Below are positions 1-14,262 of a stretch of DNA of 64,000 nt, piece by piece (within the stretch, counting starts at the first letter, position 1; each line of letters opens with the position of its first letter). The notes beneath the pieces were generated by a model, which worked only from the letters and a program-made list of their open reading frames with translations, made no database searches and had not been told where the DNA came from. A program made the translations under genes and the position numbers. The DNA lies in contig CM082580.2 of assembly GCA_040954595.2 (NCBI GenBank), positions 8,534,390-8,598,389 of the forward strand, read 5' to 3'. Origin of the DNA: Balanoglossus misakiensis. Lineage: Eukaryota; Animalia; Hemichordata.

Positions 1-3000
1 GTGGATGGCACGCGGTTCCGTAACGCGATGCTGTTACTTTCATCGCCCATCCCCGTCATAACGATATGTCTTCATCACGGAGGATAAATCTACTTTCGGC
101 CGCACACATGCTAATGGCCAAAGAAACGCCTCGGAGGGCCGTGGCGGCGATAGCCCCTTGTTAGCAAGCTGTCAACTTGCGCTCATCACGTCGATTTTAA
201 TTTAATTGCAGAAATTCAAAGGTTCAGATATCTGTCATAGTATTAGTAGGTCTGAGGCCAAATGATTGATTGTACTGTTGCATGACTCATTGTGGCCAGG
301 CCGCTGTTCTCAACGTGGCATTGCAATTCCAGATTTCGTTGAAACGCGCGGAATGTGCCTTTTGTTTCAGGTGAACAATTTGACGCTTCGGATAAGCCCA
401 GCTTGTTCTCAGCTGGGCAAAACGAGCAGACGCTGGGGTTTTCTATTCGTCAGGTGAAATATATGCATAACAAATAGGCTGAAGCATGCCCAATCACTGA
501 CGACTGGTGCCACCACTAGATGACGCTAATTAAAGGTGGCAAATTTTTAATAACGCGGCTCCCGATGAAGTCGTCTGAGAATTGAGCTGTGACGCAATCT
601 CTCAGCGGTGCGTACACCTGGCTCTATGGCCGGGGGGGGGGGGGTACTGCTACATACCACAGACTGAATTCAATAAATGGGGCAGCTAGCTATGACGCGT
701 CGGTCGATTTCAAAACTTGTCCGGGGCCGGGTGTATCCACTTAAAAGCCACTCGGGAGATTTCGAGAACTTGGCAAAGCGATTTAAACATTGCAGCAAAT
801 GGAATGATGGGCAGGATAAAGCCAAACGATGTTATCAAAGAATGGTTTAAATTTATGAGACCGAGCTATAAACAGCACATCCGTAGCCCGTGATGAACAG
901 GGGCACGCGGCAGATTTCCACACCTTCCGAGCGATGATTCACAGTGGTGTGTGACCCAACGTGACAAGCCAACGCGATAGGTTCCACGACCTCACCGGAG
1001 GTGCGAGGTGTGGCACGGGCACAGCGTCATCGAGTTAAACAGCGTGTGTTGGCTTGTTATATCGGGGTGTCATTCCCCCACTCTTTTTATGCATTCACAA
1101 GCGATCGCAGCAGGCCACATCGCCTACGGCAACAAATTGATTTAAGTGCATTCCCAAATTGAGTTTGGAATAAATAATGCATAGAGTCGGAATGGTTAAC
1201 CGGATTGAGGCATCATCCAAAACGGCCAGCCATTGAAAAAATCGCGTCGGGGAGATTTTATTAATGACAATAATTGCGCGCAATTTCACGATAATATCTG
1301 CATCAATAGATCTGATATTTATCGGGGTTATAAAAATGAAAAACGCTAATGGTCACCATTCGTCAAAAAGGGGGCATTTATCACGACTACAATCGTTAGG
1401 TTGCTGCGAAGAATTACTTTGGACGGATTTGAGGGAATTTATGGCGAGGCGCCTGTTTTCGCAAAGCAAGTGAAACATTGATGACCGGCGCAGCTGTAGA
1501 GACTCACAAGAAAAAAACTTGATTTGACACTAGAGGCCTCGGCATGAGAAAAAGCTACCACCTAAGGCATTAGGATCAGACGTTGGATTTACGAATGTGC
1601 ATGATAAGGGGCACGGCGAAATTTACGACAGGGCTTTGGGAGGAAATATTTCATTGTATTTTAACTCCATTAATGTTGACACGTGCAGTGTGCCTATGTA
1701 GCTCTGCGTTATCTTTGTGTCTGCTGTCCATATAACACAATATCTCTAGAAAGAAGGCCGGCCATATTGAAAATAAATTTGGGCTGCACATTTCGTACGC
1801 CTGTTGCGCCTGTCGGCAGAACCAAGTTGATAATCATACATGTAGTTCATGAATAAGAAACCAAGAAATCTCTATAACCATGACCAGAGCCGAAAATACT
1901 GTGAGTGATGGTATCTAAGATCATCTCGCAACGAATGTAATTTGGAATATCTCCATATCGTACTGGCATGCATCAGACCACAAATCCACGACCATCGAAA
2001 TGACATTTTTGACTATTATTGCCGAGATCTAGATGCATTAATGGAAATGGGGAAATATATTTAGATATAATCATTGCAGGTTGGTATAAGCCGTCCAAAT
2101 GAAGATATGCCGGCATAATGCGTCTCGGGGCGGCGTATTATTGCTGCGCGCGGAGATGAACAGGACCATTTGCTCCAACGAACAATGGAAGTTCATCGAA
2201 CCCTTTTACTTCGATAACAACGGCACCGGTTCACCGCTGCAATCGCAGACAGTCATACAATACGAGTGCTCGTAATCGTTTCAAGCCGGGATTCATTAGC
2301 GTCGGTGAATTGGGAATAATTAAACCAATCCGGTAACATACAGAGTTATTTTTGTTAGGTCTCAACTACTTACGCATTTATAGTTAATGACATTATAGTT
2401 GTGGTATTTCGCTAAGAAGGCTTAAAGCTGCTCAATTTCAGATGCATCGGAATCGTTTTACCTTATTCCCGGAGGCAATAAACAGCGAGACAAGCTTCTG
2501 ATGCATCTGGATGCATTTGTTACTTTCGAAAAAGAAAGACCCAAAAAAACGCAAGCACGTGCGCTAATGATCACCTAGATTGGCACCATCAGCAAAGGCA
2601 CATGATCAATGTTTTTTTCGGGCAAATTGCAGTATCACGATAACTATCAAGAATTCATATTTATGACGTCCATGCTCCACGGTCGATGACGGAAATGATA
2701 CGATGTACTGGAGCAAAGTAGATCTCACACGATATAGAACTGCTGTAGAACTGCGTATAATCAGATAAGAAGGACACAGAGGCAGAATTTGCTACATGAT
2801 TTTGTTGATTTGAGAAATGTCTTAATATGCTGTCCGGCTTCAGGTCCCTTCCCTGGCAGGATTGAATGCTGTCTAACGTCGCCGACAAATATTGCATTTC
2901 ACGTACACGTTTGAGCTAAAAATGCGTAGACAGTGGAAAGCAGTGCAGAAACGCGTCACATCCAGGCACGCACAAAGAAAATATTTGCGATGAAAAAAGG

Positions 3001-6000
3001 TGTGTACTCTGAAGCGCGTGAACTGATTGCTTTCCAAATGGCTTTTAATTGTACTGCACGGCATATCCACCCACACAATCTCTCCCGATAAAAATGTCTG
3101 AATGAATTCGTGAATGCGAGTAGCTAAGCCAATCGTGCGAGAATCGTTTTTCAGTCTATTTAACACCGAACAGGAGAAACTATTAACTTAGCGTTCCAGA
3201 CACCCTTTCAGAGCAACCTACGTGACTCTGTGGTGTATTCAGTATTCGACGGTCTAAAGGCTTTAGTGAGTTAGCATCTCAAAAACTATATCAGTAAGCC
3301 TCAACCCCCGTATTTGGGGCACGTTTGGATGATGTTGCCATGGTGACTCAAATGTTTAACAAACATGGTATACTGCGTGTCTTCCATTTGGCCAATTTCG
3401 CGGGAAATCAGGCGGACTCAAAAAGATCGTTCGGAAATGCACCACGCTTACTCCGTCATCGGGTAAATGTACTTTAACTTATTGGGCGTCGACATCCCGT
3501 TCAAATTGCCAGGACAGAACAGCTGCTTGTCAGTGCCGCCCGACTGAATTGGCCGAGTCTGTGTCGAGGCATGCCGAGTATGGGATGTCTCCGGGCCGTC
3601 CAGCATCTGACAGTGCCGACGTCGGTAGCAATTTGCGAGGTCCGTCAAAATCAACGTCGTAAATAGTTTTATTAACCGTATATACGAGACTAAAGATGCT
3701 ACTGTTAGAAACATGCTGTATTCAAACCACTACGTCCGCAATAAGGTCCAATAAACCGGGATGATTGGCTTGGAAGTCAATCAATTATGTTTGCGCCGAA
3801 GTGCGTTACACTAAAACAAGGGACGGATATGTTATAGTACATGTATATTGACAATGACTCTCAAAGATCAAATGTCAAACACATATGTGCGCAGGTACAC
3901 TCGGTAATTGGGCAAACTTCTATGTTATTAGCTCCTTAACTCGCAGCGAATCAATTATGAGCAAACTCCGGGGCCGGGAAACCGGGGCAAAGTACCGTCG
4001 TTATTTCGAAAGAAGAGACGTCGATGCCCGAGAGACGTCGATGCCCGAGCAGTTAAGATTATTGGTATGCCAGGACGTTGCCAACAAATGACGGTCGTTA
4101 ACGGCCAAGTTTAAGGCAGAGTGCTTTATTGCCATGTTATTGAAAGAAAAGCAACTCACACACGCGGCTTGGAATTAAGAAGATGCTATATGTGCACTTA
4201 CAGCACATGGAACTTAGAAATCTTGTCACCCAACGTCACACCCATCTTATTATTGTGGTCGCTCAACGTCACTCCTGTCTTATTACCCTTGTCGGCCGAG
4301 CATCGGCCACATTCAAGACCCTAAAAAACACCCTATCAACAAGCGATCGATGGAAATGTCCCATCATAGGTACTGAATTGATCTTACTCACCTAATTTGG
4401 GCTTGAACTTGATCTACCGACTTGCAAACGAATGGAAAAACAGCGACTTTTCAGGTCGACTCTGGTCAAATTCAATACATTTGAACTTCGCGGGCTGTGG
4501 TGATGGCCAATGTAGGCACTGTCTATCAGGGCCAATCAGGGGCCCTGTAAAGTATTGAGAGCTATCATAGTAGCAGGACTCCAACATGCAGTGACAGAAA
4601 TCCGCCATTTTGGGAAGAAGCAGAGGAGTCTGGGTAACCAAGCCCAAGCGCATACGAGATTTTTATCACTTACCTAGGTAGCGTGGACCTACCTAAGGTA
4701 GTGGGAATTGAGACTATAGCTAGACTAGACTCGCCCCCGAACCGCAATGAATATTGCAACGGAGACATCTAGAGCAGCTAAATTTACATCGGTTCATTCA
4801 GCCAATGCAGAGATTGTGCGTCGCACATGATGTTTATTCACTATTCTCTTATTTTGGGGAAATCCGGTTTGGGGTCGCAGCGTCCAATTATCGGCGAGTG
4901 CTTCTGACTCTCCCCGCACAATGGCATTAAGACAAATACGAGTCGTATGTCCCCTCGTGACTTTGCAAACACCTGCACCAATTTAGAAATGCTGCGGTTT
5001 CAATTAGACGCGTACGTGGTGCATTTGCGAGACACTCGGTAGACACTAGAAGATTCGGTAGACACTAGAAGTTATTTTAGAGCGCCGAGACACTTTTTTA
5101 TGCGGGCGCGGTGAATGACTCGTTTCTTGCACGCGTGGAATTGGATCCGCTGAATGTAATACCCACTCAAGCTGAAACTCCACACGACAACATCTCCAGA
5201 ACACTGCCACTACTTAAAAATAAAACGGAAAATTGAAATGCATATCTGGGGCTTTTTGCGAAATTATGTGACGTCTACGTTACACGCAAATAGAATTCTA
5301 AACTTAAAAGTCGCGAAGGCATTGAAATTCACTGGTATTATTGCTAGTTGGAAAGCACGTGACGTCACCAGGTAACTTCACATAGAAACTGATACTGTAA
5401 AGACGTTAATACGAGACAGGCTGTGACATTTTAATAAAGGCACCCAGCACAGCGGGACTACTCATATTCCGAGAGCGCAGTTTGGGCATGTTCATGTATA
5501 GTGGGTCAAAGGTCGGGCGGGGTCATGCAGAGTGCAGGAACTGTGCAAGTCGCAAGTCATGAGTGAAGTAAAAATCTGGTACATGTACTTGGAAACGTCT
5601 GCAGATTTGCTGCCACCTTACGGGTTTCACAACTCGTATCCTAGCTCACGTGATTAGACAGTCTCTCTCCGACCCAGTTCGGGAACCTATATAAGCGCAG
5701 TCTTCGATCAGTAAAAACTGTCTAAAACACGCAGGTTCAATCGAGAAAAGTCTTCAAGTGTTTCAGTTTTAATATGCATCCGTGACGAGTTGAGTCATTT
5801 GAATCGATTCATGACAGATCTCATTAATACCACACTGTACACTTTTTGGATTCTGACAGGGGAGTTCATGTATATTGGACTCCACAAGGGACCCGGCACA
5901 GCCCTGTACCATGGATGTGGACATCCTAGTACATGGATGTGTCGGGTCCCCTGTGTAATAAACGCACGTGGTGTTTTTCGCAAGGGTGTGCTTTGAAATA

Positions 6001-7508
6001 GTTCGGGGAAGCAGTAGCAACGCAAAGGGGGGAAGGTAATTTACGACAGGACAGGAAACAGTCGGCAAACAAGGTCTAACAGCGGAAAAAATGATCTTTT
6101 CATTATCTGCAAACGTTAGGAATGCTCACATCTGTCTACATGTTTCAAGGAATCCTTTGATGACTCGATTAAAAAGTTGCCGAATGTTCTGCAATGAGGA
6201 ACATGATTTCTGAAGTCTTACCAAAAAAAATTAATTCAACGGTTGGTGTTCCCGTGACTGCGTCCATTTCATAAATATGGGTTCATTCCTGGACCCTTCG
6301 TTTCATCAATCGCATGTTTGACTTTGACAAATATTGCATCGGCATTATTTGTCGCCTGTTTTTGACACGGAAACTTAATTTTTCGGATGGCACTGCGCTT
6401 CGATTCAGCAAAGCTCGGGGTGATAACATAGCTTACCTGCGTAAGTCCTCCAGACAATCTATTAAGTGATACCAAATATAATATAATAATATTTACTCTT
6501 TTAAGAAGTATTCCTATGGGACCTCTATGGCAAATTGCCAGACAATAATTATGTTTGCTGGCATTTTTACAAGACTGAGGCGGGCGATACTGTTTACATT
6601 CCAGACACCCTTTTGTAGTCTGTTACTGTATTATAAGATATTCCTGCGCCCACCATAACAAGACGAGTCTTGAATTCCCGATTGGCGCAGACTATAAGCC
6701 GCGGGAACATATCCGTAATTACAGCCGCTCGCCGCACCATCATTAGTATTTAGACCACGTTTGCACAGGCACATGGCCATCATTAGTAGCGATGCCCGTG
6801 TTTTCGTTTTAACGTTGTTACGCTAACACCACTTTATTAACAATAAATTGACAGTTCCCACCGCGCAGCTCTCTTTTCAAAACCAAGTGGATCGGTATCG
6901 GCTGAAAAATTCAGCGTGTTTTCAAAGAAGAAATTGCTGTAAGTGGGGTAGCTGTTAGGCAGAGACATTTTACAGTACGGTGTTGTTATCTGGAGTCGTG
7001 TAGCCATGGGGTTGTCTGTGTTACTCACAGATTGTCAACGAGTTTCAACGCGAGCATCAAACAGAGCGTGCAGATAAAGTTGCACTTTTTATGTCCATGC
7101 TTTAACATACATGCCAGTTATTCTAACGAGTAATAAGAAGTTCTCCCGTGTCATGAATATCCACATGGGGTTACAAAGAATTCTCTTCGTGGCTAAAAAG
7201 TTATTGAAAATCATATTTGCACGTTTTCACATCACATCAAGTAACAGCACAGCACATACTATTAAAACTGAATATCGTGGTCTTTTCAGCTATTCGGCGA
7301 CTAAGCTGTAAAAATCTGGAAACGTTTGTGTATCGCGCCAAACATCTAAAGTTAAGCAATCCCCGGTGGCGCTACATGGCTTCAAGCCAACAGGTGGTGG
7401 ATAAGCCCAACCATAAACACAATGACGTCATCTCTGCCTAAACCACGTGCTATCAAGTTCCGTTTACCCAACTGAACGTTTACCATCCACAATTTAAGGA
7501 TATGGTTA

Positions 7509-7820
7509 AGCAATAAAACACCCCCAGCCATGGTATACCACGAGATTTTGACCAGTTCACGACATATACGCACGAGCGATAGCGAGTGCGTATATGGAGT
7601 TGAACTGGTCAAAATCTCGTGGTATACCATGGCTGGGGGTGTTTTATTGCTATTATATTATGCCAGTATATTGAAACTTTGCATAAAACATTTTAAAAAG
7701 GCATTTTCTTTTACTATGATATATGACTGTGGTATATGGCTAATATATCACGGTCACGTGTCGTGTCTCGACCAATCAAATAGCGTGATTTACACCATCA
7801 ATATACTGGTATAATATAAT
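7509..7820. mobile_element. Non-autonomous palindromic repeat element made of two adjacent inverted repeats
   Basis: Near-perfect 143-bp hairpin at 7509-7651 (AGCAATAAAACACCCCCAGCCATGGTATACCACGAG.../...CTCGTGGTATACCATGGCTGGGGGTGTTTTATTGCT). A second 23-bp inverted pair follows immediately at 7652-7674 / 7798-7820. Confidence 0.75.
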
Positions 7821-10800
7821 TATGGATATGCTAGGGTAGGGCGGGGGCATGTATTTGGTGTGTAAAATGCCCAGGGGGTAATAATCCTACAACTCATAAA
7901 GTTGCTGATAATTTATATCATATCATAAAACCGAAAGCATGGTGCGCTTCAGTGCAGCCATTATCTATCTACGCCTGACTATATTGTGCACAGCAATCCC
8001 ATATGTTTGGCTCTGTCGATGTCTTTTTTCTCTGAAATACTTATCTCTCAAAACCCTTAACCTTTTTTGTCCAGGACTTTTTCGACGTTTCCTGTTCGAA
8101 TCTACTAAATCGGGGCCTCAGAATGTTGCCCACAGTGCGGAAAACGGTCTTTTCTGTGAAGATAAAACTTCTGCACGAATAAAGAATTGGTCACGCAGTG
8201 CCGGATTACCCACATGCTTTTAATCGGGTTTTCGCGACACCGTTCTTTACAAGCAATTTGCCAAAGTAAACCCACTAGAGGCGCATCCGATTCGATTCGG
8301 CGGAGAGAACGGGAATAGACGACGGAACACTCCTTGCCAGAAGGTTTAATTTCCTATAATTTCACCATCCCCCCATTCAGCAATCTCTTCAAAGGCACCA
8401 TTGACTCTATTGTCAAAAGCCCATCGAGAAAGATGCATGATCAAATCCAACCCTTGTGGCAAAAAAATATCCGTATTCATGCGTTCAACAAAATGAGAAC
8501 ACAGACATTAGTAACAAGGCAGAACATGTCTAAACCTGCAGAAATTGTGATAAAATATCACCTTGTTTCGTTTTTGTCTGTCGTTCGGTATATACATCCA
8601 GCAAAGGGTGCCCCCCAGTTACAGCTATGTTTGAAAATTAAATTAGCCATATTTGTGTGCTACATTAATATTTCAGATTAGAGGCAGCAATTGACATGGG
8701 CAGAACGGAAATTTCAGAGTATCTGACCACCCATGGGATGAACTAATGCACCGTGTTTTTGCGCGGCGCACTCCGAAGTCTTCATTACATTGGACGCGTG
8801 TGACGCGCAGCAGTTCTGTTTAATTGGGCGCAAATCCCCCTCGCCTCTGTTTGAACCACGTGAATTGCGTTTTGTTAGTCGCGGGGCGTTTGCGTCTTCC
8901 TTAAACAGTAACTCCTGACGCCAGTAAAACGCGCCAACGGGACCAGAAGAGTCGTCTGCACACGGTTGCCTCGTCTGCGGTTCCTGTTTGCACGGCGGAT
9001 GCGAGCAGCCGAGCGGGAATATCAACTATAAACACTTTAATCAACTATAAACTGCTTTCACGTGATTTTGCAATCACGACATTCCCTTGACTGTGATCCA
9101 CACTTGAATTCGTAATTTAATGATTTTCTTCTTCTTCTGGGTTTCTGAGATCAGCGACCATCCAGTGATGAAAAAAGGTCTTGCAATAACGCTTTCACCG
9201 CGACTCTGCCTCATTTTAAAAATTTGATTAAGTTTACACGGCTTTTCAATTTTACACGATAATCGAATAAGCGGGAGTTACCTCACAAGCCATGTTAATC
9301 GACATGTCAAACTACAAATATAGCCGTGAATATTTGTGTAGATAACCGACGCGCGCCTAGCTCGGGAAAGGCCAATATCAGTTCGGCGAACGTGATGGAA
9401 ATATTTACATCGGTGCGACTGTGTATACGCCCACGGTGCGTCGATTAATTTCGTCTGGCAATCGCATGGCAGTCTTTTATCAATCGAATCCCCAACCATA
9501 CCTAGACTAAAGCTCCCTGGACCGACGATCAAATCTGAAATTCATTAATATGCAGTTTATATTGTCCAGTTTTGAGGATGATTAAAGTATTATTGAATTG
9601 AATTGATTTGATTTGAATTGAATTAATTTGAAATGAAATGGATGTAGTGAAAATGGGTATCCGTAATACATTGGAAACGATGTCCTTATCATTCGTCAGC
9701 TTTTGCCACAGATTCAGATTTCAAATACGTTCATGTGCGTGGACTGCGGAAGGCGACCACGTGCCCGATGAAATCAGGGAGAATGGCTCAGCGCCTGCGT
9801 CAGTTCCTGGAGATTACACCATGTATACAGTAACAGAGGGTCTCCTATACAAGATACTTTCCTTCCTGTCGAACACTGTAATCGAGAGCGGTGGCGTCGG
9901 CACGACGTCGACATTCCCGCTAGAATTTACTGTACATTGTCTATTCCTCAGCAGGAGGCAATGGTCGGATTCGAACTATGAATACGCATGCAAAGGTGGA
10001 TAGGGTCGAAATCGTGACTTCCGTAAATTGCGCGTGACAAGGTGTTCAACTTCGGGAGGTCTCACGGAGACTATGGGATGCAGGCATCGTGAGACACATT
10101 TTGAAAGGTGACCGATCAGACGACATGAGAGATAGGCTTATGAATATCATATCCCGCCTGTCGAAATTACGACGTAGTTCTAGCTTTATGGCAGCCGTGG
10201 CGATTAGGCCAGCTGACGCAAATTCGAAACTCTCCGACGTCTGGTGCAGTTATTATTACGTATCAACCAATTTAATATAGACACACCTATCTTTCACCAG
10301 CTGAAAAAAAAATCGCGAGACAAAATTCGACTTGGAAAATTTCCGGTGATAAATGAGTGCCCCGAGCAGACTGAGAACGAAAAAAATATCTCTGCTAAAT
10401 ATGCGCGATGATGAACACACCACCATCACTGCTCCACGGTGACCTTGAGGTTAGAAAGCATCACCATGGGAACACTAGCCCCAAGCTTTCCTCAACAGAA
10501 ATGGGACAGGTGATCGATATAAGTTTTCTCAACGCAACGATCTATCAGCACTGATTCGCGCACATCCATATTCCATTCTCCTTCAGAGTAGAAGTCGTCT
10601 TGAAAATTTGCCAAGCGTACGTTGCCGACTATAGGGTGCTCATATTGTCGTTTCTTCAGGACAAGCCTTAACTGCTTCAATCTGTACTCTATTTATATGC
10701 AGATGCTTCGCTCGAGAAAATATTTTTCTGCTTAATGGTGTACACGCTTCTTATTATCTGTTATCGCGAGAACACTGTCCTATTAATACTTCGATATCAA

Positions 10801-12661
10801 ATTCCATCGGTTCTTTTGAAATTATCATCTCCCCATTCCAACTTCATGGGGTCAAGAAGCCAACAGAGAGAAAAGCAGTTCCAAATTTGCTGAACGTTTG
10901 GATACAAAAACGCGGATTCAAAACAAAAGAAAACGTGTTCCAGAATTTAGCAAAATGAGAAATGTCCGACAAGATTATTATCACCTTAATCCTTAATCAC
11001 CCGAACTTACCTCATATCATCATCAGAGTGATATATTTCATCACAAATATATACACACACACAATCACACACACACACGTACGTACGTACACGCATAAAG
11101 GTGAAAGATATTTACTCTAATGGAAAGTATCCCCCCACTGCGCAGATTACATTTCTGTGTGCTTTGCAAGAGATACTTCCATTCAGGTACGAGTGCACTT
11201 TACTTTCAAATCAGATTAATAATCTCATTGACAGAGACGTATTTATATGGTAATAATTTTCGAGCGAAAGGGACGCTAGTATAAATGTAAAGCTGTGCGT
11301 ACGAAACCACTTATGTCTGAATGAAACCGGTTTTTAAAAACAGAAACGCAAGACCCATTGATAAGGAAAGGTCAGAACCATTTAAATGATAATAATCCGT
11401 CCACATTTGACGTTCACGTCAAAGAAACTGGTTATATTAGCGCAGTTGCATGAAAAGCTTTTAGATTCATCCGAACATTGCTTAATTATTAAATGTTTGC
11501 CTGGAAACGATGTTTTTTCTTAAGACGACTTTAAACAAGTCGTAATCTTCGGGGAATTATGCTCTTGGAAATAGTTACAAAGGTTCATAACATTAAAAGC
11601 CGCTGTCAAACAAGATCACTCTGACGAAAGAATCACTGTAACATACAACATTACGGCAGATGGCTGCGTGTAAAAAAATGTGCCTACTATATATATATAC
11701 ACTCGGGCTGACACTCCAGTAATCTGCGCACGCATCCCCGGGTTCAGGAAGATTTTAAAAAGTACCATGCTCAACGCCCGGCTATGTCATCATCACAATT
11801 GCATTATGCGGTTCACACCACTCCGGAAAGCCAAGGTATGTAAATTACATGAGACAAGGGTACGCTGCTTTGGAATCATGGTGAATTCAACTCATTGAGT
11901 GATTAAATCTTAAAAAAAGACGTGATCGGTGTTTTAACTTTGCTCATTATACCTCTTGCAAAAATAAGACACAGAAATGCACGGCATACACTTCACGTTT
12001 GAAAGTACCACTGCATTTTCACCTGGCTATGGTGTGACTCATTAGTTTCCCTCTTCTTTTGGCGTTTTTTGTGCAAGGTTTGGATGACGAGTCAACCTCT
12101 ATACAAAGATGGTCTACTTGCGAAGAAAATTAGAATATTAGTTAACGCGCATGTCGAAAACCGACACCAAAAGACAATGGCAAGGCGCGAGTGAGAAGAT
12201 GCGGCCATGTTGTCATGACGATACGTGAACAGTAATTCAAGCAACTCACGATATCAAATATTCTTGCATGCACTGAAATGTTTCCTCGGTCGCTTTAATA
12301 AACCACTTCAAGTTTGCGGTTCTATCGTGAATAAATGCGTGTGCTGGCTGTTGCGTCCGACCGATGCAAACCAAAACTCAAGCTTCCACTTGTGCTTTAA
12401 ATCAGAAAACACAAGTTTTACAAGGGGGAATAAAAGGACTGGCTAATATTTAGTGAAAGGTTTGTATTGTGCCATTTTAATTAAGACATAAATTTAACAT
12501 TCGTGAAATATTATATTTTCAATCGTATCCAAGACACCACAAAGTGCACGATTTGAAAAGAAATGAATGATAATCAAAACAGCTTGTAGAGATGAGGACA
12601 AAAGCTATATTCCCAGTTTAATTAATGAAGTCGCAAACTTGAGCGACCATCCACATTCCTA

Positions 12662-12840
12662 TTAAAGGCCGACGAACGTTTTGTGCGCATGTGCGTAATT
12701 TCGTGTGTACAAACGTATGGTCGCCGCCATCTTGTCGGCTGTTAGAACAGCACAGTGCCTTGCGGCATTGGCTGTATGCAATGTTTGTAAGCAGAGTCTC
12801 TGGTTTGGCACATGCGCATAAGAAGATCGCCGCCCTGTAA
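12662..12840. mobile_element. Degenerate MITE with TTAA-type ends (Kolobok/piggyBac-like), copy 1
   Basis: Imperfect terminal inverted repeats TTAAAGGCCGACG...TGCGCATGTGC / GCACATGCGCAT...CGCCCTGTAA. About 120 bp are shared with 26185-26308. Confidence 0.6.
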
Positions 12841-14262
12841 TAGAAAATGTCAATTGAAACATTGACAGATACCGTTCGCAAAAATGAAACTATACACTCG
12901 TGTTCATTCAGTATATCGAAACTTAAGGTTTCTCACACTAAAAGTCATTGTTACGCGCCCGCTCTTTCTTTTTCGTATTCAACTTCGACCGCGCGTCATG
13001 TGTAGCATGCTAAATGGCCTAACGCCAATCCATGAGAAGGACACAGTGCCGTATCAACAACCAACCAATCAGGATGCCTTTACGTACAGTGATGACTTCC
13101 AGAAATAAAACACATTGCGGCCACTTTCAGGTATTTTAATTGGTGGAAACAAGGATGCAACGAAAGCACATACGGACGGACTAATTTACAAGGAAACAAA
13201 TTATGCAGAGACGAACACACATGCACAGTTCAAAGGGGCGTGAATATACACAGGTGGGGAGAGATGACCTGTCACAGAACGCTGACATCCTAGTCTCGTA
13301 ACAACCTAAATCTCGTTTCGGGCAAAACATAGGAATAAAGTGAGAGTGGTGTCTTTTAAGTCGCCTATATAGAGACGTGAACGTCGATGCCCGTAATACA
13401 CATATACGCATGTGTGAATTCTTGGCACCAAAACAGACTGGCGTTGCTGATAAGTTCTGAAGATTCTCTATTATATTCCCGCTAAATTTTCGGAATGATT
13501 TATTCGCGTCTGCTTTCCAAGACGAACTGTTCATGAACGAAGTATACAGTGATGTTCATGACTCAATTGATTTCCGCAACCATGGTATGTAAAGACCGGT
13601 ACAAGCAAACTCTTGCTCGCTCCTCAACGCGTTCTCGGATTTAGATCCTAATCAAGTGATCTATTTGACTGACCAGGGCAGTCTGTCACACTTTACAATC
13701 CCCTGATAGACTAATGAGTTCTTCTCTCGTTCCTTTGCCCAAATTAGTTTCTGTGAGTACGAAATACAATCGCCGTCCTGATGTTACACGACAGACTGAG
13801 TGTCGAAATTTGAATGAACACACGCATTTGCTGACAGCGGCAGTTCGTCAAAGAAGCCACTTACATCCATTCCACCCGTTGAAAGGAGGAAACGCCGTTG
13901 GTGACATTCGACAACAAGGGTGTCAAAGCAGCTTCCAAACCTGTCCGTCATGCACTCTGTGCATACTAAACGTAACACGGTCACAAACGCTCGTGGCTAA
14001 ATACCACTTGCGCGGGTATCTTTGTACCAACAACGCACGGCGAATTGAAATGCTAATTCCTACATGTAAATGCCGCGTACAAGGTGTTGCCTCCACGTTT
14101 TGTATTGTTGTTCGGATTTGAGCGAAACACAAATCAAATATCACATGCATGGCGGTGTAGTGGATCTACGGTTAGAGAATACTCCCGTCGAACAGTCCTG
14201 CCCAGAAGGTATTCCTGTGAGTGTCTATCGAAACCTCGGTTGCTGTTTTTTGAAGTTTGGCA

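Noticed and set aside
2820-2860. GRDLKPDSIL resembling the kinase HRDLKPxN motif
   Set aside because: The catalytic-loop His and Asn are absent and there are no other kinase subdomains or flanking exons. Likely chance.
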